This document shows positions 50,301-64,000 of a DNA stretch of 64,000 bases, one piece after another (positions within the stretch are counted from its first letter, which is position 1; each line of letters opens with the position of its first letter). The notes under the pieces were generated by a model that saw only the letters and a list, made by a program, of their open reading frames with translations, did not search any database and had not been told where the DNA came from. Made by a program: the position numbers and the translations under genes. This DNA comes from Phoronis australis (taxonomy: Eukaryota; Animalia; Phoronida): the NCBI GenBank assembly GCA_002633005.1, contig NMRA01000024.1, positions 769,786 through 833,785 of the forward strand, written 5' to 3'.

Positions 50301-53300
50301 GAATACTTATGTCTTCGATGACAAGTACATGTATGTAGCGCGCACTTCCTTGCCAAGTTCTTTTTAACACAGGTCAACTTTTATTAGTCTTCTATTCGCA
50401 GTTTTCACGTGTGCAAAGAAATGTGGATTCCTGTTGAGGGAAAAGATCTGTACGGGAAAGATACAATTACAATCCCTTTTACAAGTACGCTGCCTCTGGT
50501 CTGAAAGGCCAGACCATAATGGGACACATTCCTCGCAAGATCAGCAAAACTTTTGCATTCTTTTTGATGCACGGCAGAAGTTTGAAGTGTCTAGTCACGC
50601 CTAAATAGTGACATAGCAGCGAGGCTCGTGGTCTACAAATTCCGTGCACAATGATTTTTTCAGGACTGTCGGATCTTATTGATAAATTGAAGACGTTACT
50701 GTAGAATTTTAAAACTGTAGGTAAGGCATTTTTCACATGTACACGGTCATGGGCTGGGCGCTTATTTTAACGAAGTCTGAAAATGCTTATAGGGGCATGG
50801 GCGTTTATTAGGGCGAATACAGTACATTTGTGACACCTCGTTTTGACACCAGAACATGGTTTAAAAAGGCTTTGAGACAATAATGTACAATGAATACCGA
50901 ATACTCGTTCACCTAGCCACAGATAATGGTCCCCGCTGTCCATGAACAGAAAAGGTAGGTGGCAGTACTGCATCTCCAGCTTAACGGCACACTGGATCTG
51001 TTTCAGCTGTCGGCTCAGCCGCGCTTTCAGAGCAGGTTCCGTGACGACTACAATCAAAACATATAAATTATGTTTTTAAAAAAATTTAAATCACCTCCTT
51101 GACACCATATTTCACTTCAAATTATTCAATACTGTTTGTACAAGATGGTAACAAAGATTATCAGTAAGACCACTTATTTTAGACAAAATTGACAAAATCG
51201 TCCTTTTTCATTTTTCAAAAGACCAAAGCCTTACTAATACTCAACATTTCTTCAATTTTTTGTGACTGAAGTGTCGCTCAAAACATTAAAATTTAATGAA
51301 GCATAATTTTCTAATAATGGCTACATTTTTTGTGTTGAGAATTGTGATAACCAAAATTCTACTTTTCTGCCCAATTATATCAACTATATGAAAATTGCAT
51401 GTCAATGAGAAGCAAGCAAATTATGTTACATCGAGTACTGCATCAACGAGTCAAAAATGGACAACTTCAAACCCAAAGCAACATATACTAAGAATACAGC
51501 TGAGCGGTTTATGAAGTCAGAATGAGTTATGAGCATCACCAGAGAAATCACAACTTCATTTTTTCAGACGTGTCATCAAATCAACAATATTTGACGCTCA
51601 CCATTGTGTGAAATGCAACTTCTCAAAGTAATAGTCATATTAGCCAAATAAACATAGTTGGTTCTATTCTAACATTTTCTTTAATTGCTCACTTTAAAAA
51701 ACAACTAAGACGAGCAAAAATAATGCGGGATTTGTTTTTTACTCATCATTATGGCGTTTCAAACCTTGGTTACCCTTTCAAGCAGGACTACGCAGCTTTT
51801 CAAGAAAAACAGACTTTGGCTGAAATTGATGCATGTGGGCGTTTTTTGATCACGTAGTCGGTATGCGCTGGTCTCAAAATGAGTCAGGGTAGAGAACAGA
51901 AGCAACTGTGCTTTTTTCAGGCCTTATCCTTAACAGTGCACAGTACAACTTTAAGTGTACATAACTAACCCTTAAGTTTAGCAGACAACTTAATCCTTGT
52001 CCTTCCCTTACACTCAAGCTGTCATTGAAAGAACAATGCATTAGAAAAGATTCCATTTAATGAACATGGTTGAGTTTTATAACTTTCGTTCTAATCAATG
52101 GCATTTCATTAAGCAAAAGAATTGTGTGCCATTTGATGTCAAACTTCAGTGACATACTACGAATGTTCAATAAAGGCCCCAGTATGGTTCACTGTCATAC
52201 ACCAGTAGTTGAACGACATTGTGTCAACAGACTGTGAGTAGCATGAAACCAGGTGACAGCCTCAACACCATCAATAAAAACACCTGTCTTTAAAACCAGC
52301 CCAAGCAATGAATTAGCAGATGAAACACGAAAAACAAACTTTCAAGCTAACAAAGAGTTTGACCCTTACCGTTAACCTGTGACAGGAAATGAGCATTGAA
52401 CACTTTGTTGATGAAGTTGAGAGGTAACCTTCGTAGATATACAAAAGAACTGAGCAGTTCCACCATGCTGACAGGTGAGAAGTCATCGAACTTCTTGAGA
52501 AGAACATCTTCAAGTTTTTCGAAGACCTGGCTTACGTTCAACGGCTCGTAATTCAACTGACCGTAAGGACGTAACAACAGTAGTAATTGAGTTGCCGTGA
52601 ATGTGTCTGAGTTACGCGCTAGATGCGAGGAAACAATGTCGAAAATTCTAGGCGAAATGAAGCGCAGTTGCCGAAGGTACTCCATAGCCAAGGCGATGAT
52701 GTCAGTATTCATCGTCCTCACATTTTCCGTAATATACCGTTCCAATGCATTGATGAAGTTTTTGTCATAGTGATGCGCCAAACTATACGCAGCTATCATC
52801 TGAGCAAGGTCGAGGTCATTGACTTCTTTGATGTTCATGAACGACCATTTCCCCAGTATGTTCATCACTTTGGCGTTCTTGTGGCTCGTTCTGACCGACA
52901 TGGAGGCGATGGTGGTGATCTCTCGACTTGACAGTTTCCACCAGAATGTGTACAGCCTTTTCAACAAAATGTCAAGTAAATATCTCTGCTCTGATTTCAT
53001 TAGTTTAGCTGTTGAATATGCCTCAACGACATTCGTCTCGTCAATGTCCTGCGCACGATTTCCGAGGTGAATCCACAAACTATCCAACATATCCAGTCCC
53101 TCACTGGGCTCTGGGCCAAGCAGGTGAATCATGCGGCAAATTTCACCCACCGTAAACTGAGAATCACCAATTCGTTTCTCAGCTTCCTCTCGTACCCTGT
53201 CAACGTAGACTGACTGGAAATTATTCGCAGTTGCACACTGCATAAGTTCTAGCAATGTTTTATTCGACAAGACTTCAATGCTTTTCGTAGCTGTGTCGCA

Positions 53301-53738
53301 AAGTTCATTCAACACAGCAGTTTGTATAAAAGAGGATAACTGCTGTTGACATGTGGTTTGTAACTGCACCAATCGCTGAAGAGCATATGCTGACGAATGA
53401 GCTGTGACACGATCAGCGGGCATGTTTAACAATTTGAGAACCTCGCTTACACTTTTGCAATTATAAAGCTGTTGCTTAAACTGTATGTCACTATCAGACT
53501 CGGTTGCCACACCCAATGGTTTGCGAGATGAACCAAGAGAGTAGATATCCGTGTGGCGAACGATGATGGGAATCTCATTGATCTCTACACCATCCTGTAT
53601 GAACGTGGAGGAATAACTTAGGATTTGTCGTTTGTTGAATGTAGACAATTGCTTCTGAGGCGTGAGAAGTCCATTTCGATACATCAGGCATCTCCCACAA
53701 GGACTCTGGAGAAGAGACTTCAAAGTTCTCACAATCAT
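47308..53738 (-). CDS. FAST kinase domain-containing protein, mitochondrial (FASTKD family; FAST_1/FAST_2/RAP), ~631 aa
   Basis: Exons 52370-53738, 50913-51047, 49362-49527, 48866-48980, 47308-47418 join in frame (1896 nt). Basic N-terminal presequence-like segment, helical repeats, LLRPYGQLNYEP / LLSSFVYLRRLPLNFINKVFN (FAST), PYFVDFEI, and RAP motif LLGEFSMRQRHLQLLGYKVVQI. Paralog identity not determined; the last exon is the least certain. Confidence 0.88.
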
Positions 53739-54388
53739 CCTGAAGCCTAAATAGCTGAAAAAAATGCATAACAAAAATTATCAGAAAATCTGCTCTGCAT
53801 TTCACCCTGTTTACCTAACTAAAAATGAAAATCGATTTAGGCATTTAACTTTCATGAAGACAGTTTCATAGTGTTCCTTACCACAATAAGATAACCAACA
53901 AAAACATTGAAATTATCAGTGACTCAAGAAAATGCTCCAGATTCTATTGGGGTAGGCCAAACTATCGGTTTGGTTAACCCTAAAATTACAAATAGAAAAT
54001 AACACATGTACTGTACGCATTGCCTGTGGTTGACTTGGGGTTGGCAAACACTAAAATTCAGTTATACCACATTGCCTGTAAGTTACTTGAGTTGGGAACA
54101 GAAATATAATTATATCATGAGACTACATGATTTTATGAGAATAAGAGTAAAAGGTAATACATTTTTTTATGATAGCTCCCCACCCTGGCCAAAGCAAAGG
54201 CTGAAACACAACACATATTTTGAACAAATGCACTCTTACCAGCCGTCTGACAAGATACCATAATAAAGAACTTTCTCTTTATTTAGTATAAAATCGCGTG
54301 GATGATAACTGATAAGTGCATGTGGCTGTGACTGAGTGAGATTTGAATTGAATACAACTAGACAATGAATGTCAAGAGTAAGACTTAC

Positions 54389-54731
54389 CCTTACTCTTCA
54401 GACTCTTAGTCTTAGACTAGAGAGACTGAGACAGTGAGAGTGACAGGGAGACAAGAGAAGTTTCAAGTGTCAAAACTCCTAGTCTTTGTATTTTCGAAAC
54501 ATACAAACCTGCAGTCCTATTCAGACAAGAAAAGAGTAGGCATCACGCTATCTGACAAAAACTGCGTCATGTATCAGGAAAACCTTGCCCTTACGTAAAT
54601 GTGCTCTGGCGTCTGGGGCAGAGAACACACGTTTTGAAACACAAGCGCCCCCAATTGTCCAACAGACGGCGCACAAAATTGTAAGTCTGCAGATTCAGTT
54701 GTTCTTAGAAAGTGTTCTGATTCTGTTGGAG
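54389..54731. promoter_or_regulatory. Probable bidirectional promoter / 5' UTR region shared by FASTKD (-) and PRPP synthetase (+)
   Basis: A minus-strand donor (GTAAGT) near 54388 marks a non-coding FASTKD exon whose acceptor partner lies at ~53755. The PRPS ATG is at 54732, so the two genes diverge within a few hundred bp. Confidence 0.55.
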
Positions 54732-57700
54732 ATGAATCGCCCTTTCTTTAAAGATGTTTGGTTGTACGCTCATCCGACTATGGACAGATTAGCTTCTGCC
54801 GTTGAGCAGGTGTGTCATCAAAAAAGTGAAAACAAGGGTGACGTTGTCAGTAAGGTAGCATAGTTAGTTGTATTGCTGTGCTTGAACATGGAATTCCGCT
54901 TGATCTGGACTCAATTCTCGAGTCAAGCAGTCAAGCCAGGTCGAATTTACTACTGTCAACACCTGAGTAAACTTATGGGAGCTTATTTCGATCTTTTAGA
55001 ACATATTTCTACTATACACCACATAAAGAAGGGAGTGATGTGTATGCTATTACATGTACATATATTGTAACCGCACGGATTTAGGGGGGCCTGGGCCCCT
55101 TGGCCGCAGCAAGGAAAGATGGAACAGCAACAGTGTGAAGCATGAAAAAATATTGAGTAAGCAACCAGGACGCAGAGAAGGGGGTGCTCCAGATCGCGGC
55201 ATTCAGGGGTTTTTTTTTGTCCACTGGTAGATTTTCGGAACAGGGTTCACATACCCTCTCCCGCTACTTCGGGCCTGTGGTGCACATACAATTGCGCTTT
55301 GCCCAATTCCCCGAGACAATATGTTGGGCTCCCCCTTATGGTATCCTAGATCCGCCACTGCATAGATGTGTTGGAAGTCTGGTGCGGTTCACAAGTGTTG
55401 TGAAGCGTGACTTCCGGTTGTGACGACAGTACAGTCAGATAAAGCCTCAGTCTAAGCCCTTGCCAAGCGGCAATTGCCTCTTGGCCGAATGGTTTAGATG
55501 CTTGATCCTCGCTCATGCTGCCTGGGTTCAAGTCCCGCCGTAGACACTGAAATTTTCTACACAATCTTGCCACTAGGACTACGTAACAGTGCGAGATAAC
55601 CTGCTGCTATGTCTGTGGCAAGCCGCAAGGTTTGTAATCTCGCCACATTGTGACACGCACGATTGCCTGCTGCTTGACCTTCAATGGGAATCAGACAGTG
55701 AATGACCCTGAAGATCAAGGAACAGCCAATCACAGCACATCATGTAGTGATAAGACTGGGATCTTCGCCGGACTTCCGACACATCTATGTTCCTGTGTAA
55801 TGCCATACGTAGTATTCACATCTAATCTTTACTTATTGGTGTATGTGAGAGGTATAAGCTCCCATGAGGAAATTTAATTACACTACTCGATCAAATAATA
55901 ACTTTCACGTTGATAAAAAATTGTAAATCACATTTTAATAAAATAATGTAAATTTTGACCAACCTAATTGGCTTTTTATCAACTATTCCCAATCTTATTT
56001 GCCAAACAATAATTGGTTAATTTTAACCATTCACTGCATTCAATGAATGGCATTCACACATTCTTCCGATTCTGTGACATGTGTTCTTGCGAACGAATGA
56101 TAAAATGCCATTGGGTGATTGTGAGGCCACTAATTACAAAACTTCTTTGTACTGCTTGCTTTAATGAACATCGTATATTTATTCCAAGTTCGCACATACG
56201 GTGATCTTGAGGTATAAGCGAAATTCCAAGTTCAAGCACATCAGTATGGTTACGTTTTTGTTGCCTAATATTGTTCGTAACTTTCGTTTTCTGCACTCAT
56301 CCACTCCACTAGACAGTGACCACCGTCTCTAGCTGGCCCCAGTAGAGAGGGTGAAGCTTTTTGACGAATTATACTTCACACTGATTAAAACATCAAAATC
56401 ACGTTGTTACCTTTTGTGCAGAGGAACTCCTTAGGAGGCCTTCGATGTCTTTAGTTCTTTCCAACTCAAAGAAATACTCCCGTAATCAAACTTTTTCCCG
56501 AGCAGTCCCTCGTTCAGTAGCTCAAATCGGCAGCTGGCCATTTTTAACACTGCACGCGCTCCTGCCGGGCACGGTGAAAAGAGGGATGCGTGCAGTGTAA
56601 AAATGGCTAGTTTGCCAATTTTGGCAACTGAACGAAGGACTATTCGAAGAAAAAGTTTGATTACTGGAGTATTTGTTCTAGTCGGAAGGAAGTAAAGACA
56701 TCAATGGCCTCCTGAGGTGTCTCTCTTTGCGCAAAAGGTACTTATAACAACGTGACTTCGATGTTTTAATCAGTGTTAGGCATAATTTGCTAAAAAAGCT
56801 CCTATAGGAACTTCACCGTCTCTACTGGGTCGAGCTGAAGATGGTGGTCACTGTCTACCACTCCACTAGACTCCAGTCCAGTACCTCCCTATGTGAAACA
56901 AAGGGTATGTAACTTCTTGCCTTACTTCTGTATTTTTTGCTGTTCAAATAATGATGAAGATCAAATTTCAATGACTCATTGAATTACATTTTATAGTCCT
57001 AATTGTCTAAAATGGTCAGAAGGAATGTTGCCATGAACAGGCAGCACTTACTGATCACTTACACAAATTACTGTTCCCTAGTCCCCAAACTAAAAAAGCC
57101 GATCATGAAAATCTAGGCACTGTGGTAAGAGCCTATTATAATCCTTACCAATAACAAGCATTCACAATTACCGGTTGACAAATGCATGGCACTGCAATGG
57201 AAGGTGCACAACTTTTGACTTTGAAATCGGGTGTCATGCATTTTCGGCATCTTTTTTAAATGCATGAGGAAAAATCATGACTTTTGATTTTGGTTGTTTC
57301 TGGCTTGATCTACCATGAATAGTCCCTTTACTGTATTCATTTCAGCAAAAACCAATTATCCTGTTGGGATAAGCTGAGCATAGCTTAGCAATAGTTTTTG
57401 ACTTTTTGGTGCTGAACGTGTAATGTAGCATGGATAATGAGGTGTTCGCATCTTTCCTGAAAATTACCAGCATCACGCACGGAATGATTCAAGCACTGTG
57501 AATTAAGATAATATTGAGCTGCTCTGAAAAGAACTTGAAACTTAAAGGAAAGCTGAACACGTTACGCTAATTATACACTAAAACAATTTATTCTTTATCG
57601 CGATTATGTTGTTGGTAGTGATTGCATTTGGTGGTCCCCAGTTTGGAGAACCAAACTCTCATAGTGTAACGCATTCATTGGATAAAACTTGCTCCCAAAA

Positions 57701-60700
57701 CCAGGGATCAGCAAAGAGCAAGCAGAGTTCTCTTCCTTCCACTCAATGCCACAAAGGGTGCCTGTTGTGTATTCAAAATCCAGACCAACAGGGCTATAGT
57801 GCCTGAGTAACCAGGAAAATAAGCATACCTGAGACAATACCAATTTATCCCTTTGTTGTATTATTTACCCATTTACCCATTTAAACTATATTGACACTGA
57901 TCTATTACTGGATTGTCTAGACTGGAGTGTGAGAGATAATGACTTTAACTTTCCACTGACAAAGTAATTGTTTTACATTGTCAATCTCTTTTTTGTGTTA
58001 CTTCTTGATTTTTCATTCTTGATTCACTTTTCACAGTTTCCAATACATCTCGTGCTATTATTTTACCTGTGAATAAATCCCAAGCTAAAGGTATCGTATC
58101 TCTGCTTATTGTCATCAATCTTTTAATTGGCCGTGGCTTTATTTGTACTCGTCCGGTCTAATGCCTAGGGGTACTATAATTGTGAAACTTAGGAATTGGG
58201 AGGTGGGCGTTAAGTATCAGGTATGTCAACTAGAAGTTTTGAGACATCTGGAACTGGGTGTTTAGTGGAGTAGTTGGGTTGATACCCATTAAGCTAAGTT
58301 TACCTTGGACTTCACGTGAAAGAGTCAAGTGAAATGTCTGTGCTAGATAGTTATAAGGAAATTTTGCAAGTTCTAGAAGCTAAAATTTGTGCGAGACGTC
58401 TTCACAAAGAAACGGGCATTTTCAAGAAGACTCGATTGTGTTACTAAAAAAAATGCTTGTCAAAATTATTATTTTTTCATTGTTTAAAGGCCCTTCTTGC
58501 ACTGTAAATCATGAATGCCCACAATGTCTCAGAATCATTGTTCGACGGTAGTTATGGTTTTTAAATATGACATTAATTTGGTATTACTTATCTTTTATTA
58601 AAAAAGAACCAAATAAAATTTCACTTGTCCGCTATATTGTGTCCTAAATTGGTGAGATTTTACCGTACGCATGAGTTGGCGTTAAGCCGTGCATGGGTGT
58701 TTAAACATGAAAATTTGGGGGTGGGTATTAAGCAGCATGTTGGTGTTAGATCGGACGAGTATGGTTCTTTAAGCACTCTAAAAACATACTAGTAGGACTC
58801 TTTTGATTTGACATTATCGAAAAATTCTTTTTGAGATTGTGGACTGAATATGAAAGTGTCACTTCGCAGGAAAATGGTCGACTGGCTGAGCTAAATCCTT
58901 GTCAGTACTTGACAGAGTATTTCCCATGTAGTTTACTGGCAAGTTCAGTCACTGGCATAGATTTCACCGAATATCTGGCTAACAATGGCGAGAATTGACC
59001 ATTAGTAATAAGTCGCAAAAAGGACAGATTTTATCGTTTCGTACCTATCGTCCAATTTGACAACAATCCCAAAATTGCATTTTTCGGTGGTAAAAATGAT
59101 AATGTCTCTATAAAGTGGCCTGTCTTGCTAATTTTCATCTCACTTACGCAATTGTATTAATGACTTTGAGTAAAGTCAAGTTGTGTATAATTATAACATT
59201 GTAGTTTGTATAATTGTTCACGTGCCTTGTATGATATCACAACATTTTAACTTCCGTATCATTACTAAGCTGAGTGACGGCCATTTTGATAGTACTGAAT
59301 ACTAGAAATTCTTATTCTGGTATGTGAGAAATTTCATTGAAATAACAAAAACTTTAAATCCTCGTTTCCCCGAGTTCATGGAAACGTCACTCTGGATCAC
59401 TCACTCAGTTCTCTATTTTGTACTACGTGGAGCCCTGAACGCACACTATTCAATAGGTTAACGAATGTCATTTTGAAGGAATGCTTCTATTAGAAACACG
59501 TAGACCTGCTGTAGAATTTACTTCCTTATGGTTTTTACTATTTATTTGTCATCAAACACAGGTAAAAGCACCTAGGTAAGCCTTTCGAAAATAAAACATC
59601 AATTTGAAATGTTGTCCTTGTGAAACGAATTGTATTACTATGTTAGTACTGTAATATTTTGCCCAACTGACTTTGAGCAAGTTTAACCCGACACGCGATC
59701 TTCTTACTGTAGTCGTGTGTTGTTAGTGGAGAGGCCATGCCTGACGATTACCGTAGGGTCAAGTACATGAAGCATATACGCTGGAACGAATTTGCCGATG
59801 GATTCCCCAACATATTTATCGAAAATGTGAAAGAGATGGCCGGAAAAGATGGTACGTAAGGTGGATTAAATGCATGTGTGAAGAATGTTTTAATTAAAGT
59901 CTTTTCAGAGGTTCAGAGAATTTAACATATTGAATATTTCTCTAAATGAAAATGTAGTATCTGAATTATATACAATTACATGGAAGGCTTGTTCAAAACA
60001 TAAAATGTGTCGGGAATGTTTCAATCGAAATCTGTTCAGAGGCTAAGAGAATTAAGTTAACAGGTTCAGGATTTCTTTGAATGAAAACGTGAATTATGTA
60101 CAAGCAGATTTTGTTGAAAACATAAAAATGTGCGCGCATCCTTTAATCAAAGTCTGTTTAGAAGACTGTACATAAGGTTAAGTATGTTCTGTCGATTGGA
60201 TGTTGGTAAAATTTCTTCTCAATATTTACTCTTGTTCCCCCTTTATGCCACTCTTTGTATTTACAGTGATCTTTTTGGGCAGCTTCCATTCTCCTGAAGT
60301 GATCTTTGAGCAGTTATCCGTCATCTACGCTCTGCCTCGTTACTTGGCCAGGAGTGTTACTTTCATCTTACCTTATTTCCCCACGGGCACAATGGAACGG
60401 GTCGACACTGAGGGTCAGATCGCTACAGCCAAGGTACAGTAGAGACAACCGACATGATGCATTAGGCTTACGTAGATCCTTGTAGCCATGTCGGTGCATT
60501 CAACCAATTACCTACAAAACAATAGAATTACTCGAGAAGAGTATTTATTTTCAGGGAGCAGAAAGCCTTTAGACTTTCTACCAGTCTAGGATTGATTGGG
60601 TCACGTGATGTCTATTAAATTTAGCAAAACAGAAAGGTATGGACATAGCAAAACAACGGTATCAGTAACATGATCAAATTTTGTTTGATGTTAAATGTTT

Positions 60701-63700
60701 GAGATTCCAAAACCCTGTTACAGTTTTCTAAGTTATTTTGTTTTCAGTTTATGTAGCTTTTCAATTTGTTTTCATAAAACTCATTGACATAAAATTCCTG
60801 TTTTTAATAGCTCCTCATTCAAAAGTGGATCAGTCTTTGACAATTCCTAACAATGTTTTTGAGAACAGTGTATAAGGCGTATTGCCTGAAAGTTTAATAA
60901 GAATTTCATTTACAACATACACCATCGGTATGAAATATTCAATACTCCATGATGTAACAGTAGTTTCTTAACATGGAAATTTGGAAGGTTCTGGAATAGA
61001 TTTGACTTTTCATTCCGATGATTTTCAAGTGTACACAGCTGTTTGCTTATTAAAGCTCCTCTGTTGAGAATTTTTAAGATATAAATGATGATTCTTGTTG
61101 TGGTAATTTTTTCCAGACCCTGGCCACTCTGTTGTCCAGTATTCCAATGACTGCCAGAGGCCCACCTCAGATCATGGTGATAGACATTCATGCACTGCAG
61201 GAGAGATTCTACTTCTCAGAAAACGTCATTCCAAGGTGTGCTTCTACACAGCTTGTGATTAACTAGACGTGAAGATTTGGTCAGTTTGTCACAGTGATAG
61301 TGTTATAAACTTGTAAGGTTGTAAATCAGAACTGGGACTTGACAGAAAAAAATGTTGCAACTGTTCTGCATTCATTGGAGTAACGCATTGCGTAACCTGT
61401 TTCTCGCATTCATGCTGTATTTTCTTTGATTTATGGGAAATTCTTTCAATTATCTTTTTCTGGATTGTGAATTTCCTTGGCAGTTGAGTTGTCTGTCTTT
61501 AAACACGTAGAAGAGTCAGAGTGCTTTGGATGAAGTATGGAAACTCAAAGTGTGCCTGAAAAACAAGTCATTACGAGGTTAAGTAAGGTGGTCGTCAAAT
61601 GATTCCCCTCAGGCTACATCTGTTGCTAACACTGGTAGCTGGTTTGTGTTATTGTTTGTGAGCCATGTGTTTTGGACAGTCTGTTGGAGGGCTCAGATTT
61701 AAAGCTAGCGCAAGTTGTAACGTATTATTTTAGGTGTATTTTGATGCTTCAAAAACCGATTTTTTACAATAAAAACAGATTCACCCAACAGTAACACAAA
61801 AACAGTGAGAAACAATGTTTCCATATTGTCAAGTAGGGTTGGTTTGTAATGAAACCCCGAGTGTGATGCTTGTCCCACTTTCAAAACACAAAACTGGACA
61901 AAATGTCCATGTGCTACATGTATGACTAAATAATTTCATCCATCTGGTTGATGCACTGGGATGGTAGGTTCTGTTTCGAACGAAGTTTAACGTACCTATG
62001 AATATTTTTGGTTCCTGTCATCAACGTCTATTCTCAAACTAATGCAGTGTTTGGTTGGGGCATGTGACATCACAGTGAGCGACGGTGAATCTGATTGGTT
62101 GATTAGGTCTTAATCTACAGTGGTGCGAAATGTAAACCACTCAGGCTACCTGTGTCTCGTTGGTTTTCAAATCTGCCATGTTTGCCTGACAGTTTTGGTC
62201 ACATGATCTATTGCATCACAGACATGACTAGGGTGAAATCTCACAAACATCAGACAAAAAAAATGACTAAATTGGTATTTTTCCATTTTCAAAAGCTTTT
62301 AACATTGTTGTGAATGCCTACAATTTTTTAGAATTGTTGCCAGGTAGTAGCTATGGTATAGATCTTAAATGTGATGTAGCATTTATTTGGTGTTGCTAAT
62401 CTCTTATGAAAAAATTTTAAAATGAAATTTCACTTATCGATCATATTGTGTCCTAAATTGATGAGGTCTTACCGTAGCTGTCGTATATCATAATGAAAAT
62501 TGTGTTGAGCACTCCCCCTGTTATTTGAATGTTATTTTTTGCTAGATTAGGGACTGCCATCCCACTGCTCCAGCGACAGCTAGAGTTGTTACCAGAACAA
62601 CAAAACATCAGTATAGCGTTCCCTGATGATGGCGCCTACAAACGGTTCTCAAGTATGTTCAGTGCCCGTTCTACTATTATCTGTGCCAAGATTCGCCATG
62701 GAGACACAAGAATTGTCAAAGTTAAAGATGGTAAGAGGAAACAAGTGCTGCTGGTTCCCTGTGTGACATCATGCTTTAGATAGCTCACAGGGCCCTCGTT
62801 CACCTGAGGGGAAGTTACCTGTGCCTTCTGAGAGGGGATTTTTTGGGGTGAGGGGAAAATTTTATTCACCCCCCATCGCTGGCCCTCATAGGCACTGCCT
62901 CATAAAGTCAATACTAACATTTTGTGCTGCTCTGAATTGTCCCGTGCAAGTTGCAAGTGAGTCAAACCTCAAGGGAATTTTTTTAATCACTTGAATGTTT
63001 GGGCCTCATGACAGGAATTTCACATGATTTTTAAATATTTTTCGATAACCAGGCCCCAAAATGGAGGGATCAAGGGTCTTGGTTCAAACAGTAAAATCTC
63101 ACCAGTATGGTGGGCATGTGAAATTTTATTTTCTAATTTCTCCATGAATTTAATGTTTAGCACTAAAAATGATGCTTTGCGATATATAAATTCTGCATCA
63201 TAGCTGTCAACTGGCCATATTTTTAAAAGTTGTGGCCATTCACACCAATGTTAGAAAAATGCTGTTTGGGCATTTATTACTGTCCAAATTAGATGGAACT
63301 TGTAACTGTACTTTGGTTAAAAAATAGTCTATCTTTCTATGCGACACTTACTTTTGTTTTGTAAAGCTAGATGTCCAGATTGTAACGTGACCATAAAGAG
63401 ACAATTTAATGTTAGTGAAATTAAAGGTTAGTTTGGGAGCGGGTCTATAACCAGAAGGGTTTGATTGTGGACAAATAAATGGATTTTTGGGTTTTTTACA
63501 GCAATGCGAAGGTGACTAGTAGGTTGGAGTGCATCCTTTGGATCTAGGTTTGGCTGTAAAAATGCAAAATCAAATACTTTTTTCATCATCATTGACCTTC
63601 TAGTAGTTTTTCAAGTTAATGAATGCAGAGCATTTATCCAGGCTCTCATTTCGTAATCTGTTTGTCAATGTTGTCTAGCATTGCTGTATATTTGACAAAT

Positions 63701-63990
63701 CCCCCAGTCGTTTTTCAAAAGCTGCGAACAATTACAGCACCAAAGTTGTTATTTGGGTTGTTTTAAACATCTACTATCTCAAGTCCAATTCTTGGGTTCT
63801 TGCAATGGTCAATTATGCAGGAACACTGGATTTAGGGACCAGATTGATGCTCGTTGTCCTCTAAATGCAAGACCCATGTGACTATCACCCCTTTCTTTTT
63901 GCCATTGTTACAGGAGACCCAAAGAACCAGCATGTTGTAATAGTAGATGATCTGGTCCAGACTGGAGGAACATTGTTAAAGTGTGCTGAG
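54732..63990 (+). CDS. Ribose-phosphate pyrophosphokinase, class II (plant PRS3/PRS4-type); 3' end beyond window
   Basis: Exons 54732-54854, 59713-59851, 60267-60433, 61117-61235, 62546-62730, 63914-63990 join in frame (270 codons so far). Motifs: [71 protein letters not shown] and PRPP-binding [14 protein letters not shown]. Confidence 0.92.
55476..55560 (+). mobile_element. tRNA-derived SINE head (second family or diverged copy)
   Basis: A box tggccgaatgg and B box ggttcaagtcc at tRNA-like spacing, with no closed cloverleaf. Confidence 0.55.
56310..56857. mobile_element. 548-bp fold-back DNA transposon with 9-bp TSD (Mutator/Foldback-like)
   Basis: Arms tagacagtgaccacc... / ...ggtggtcactgtcta pair over ~255 bp around a ~20-nt loop. 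Flanked by the direct repeat ccactccac (56301-56309, 56858-56866). Confidence 0.85.
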
Positions 63991-64000
63991 GTATGGTGTT

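Noticed and set aside
59865-60170. Diverged ~133-bp tandem repeat in a PRPS intron
   Set aside because: Ordinary local duplication with no visible functional motif.
62621-62650. CTGATGA hammerhead-like box
   Set aside because: It encodes FPDDG in a PRPS exon; there is no stem II/GAAA/GUC arrangement.

Overview
AT-rich, intron-rich eukaryotic DNA, most likely a bilaterian invertebrate draft assembly (one single-N join at 4176, one ~420-nt N gap at 29526-29943). I reconstructed four spliced genes by hand from GT-AG boundaries and frame continuity. (1) ELAC2 / tRNase Z-long, + strand, 21 coding exons 4461-35772; the start codon is not resolved and the first identified exon is present twice. (2) A PIDD-like LRR-ZU5-ZU5-UPA protein with two death domains, - strand, 37895-43827. 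(3) A FASTK-domain (FASTKD) mitochondrial RNA-binding protein with a RAP domain, - strand, 47308-53738. (4) A plant-type (class II, PRS3/PRS4-like) PRPP synthetase, + strand, from 54732 past the window end, head-to-head with FASTKD. Introns carry MITEs, tRNA-derived SINEs, a tyrosine-recombinase retroelement fragment and minisatellites. The most notable non-coding signals are fold-back elements carrying minimal hammerhead-ribozyme cores and a ~147-bp-periodic array of nine CTCF-like motifs. All assignments come from visual motif recognition; no database search was run.
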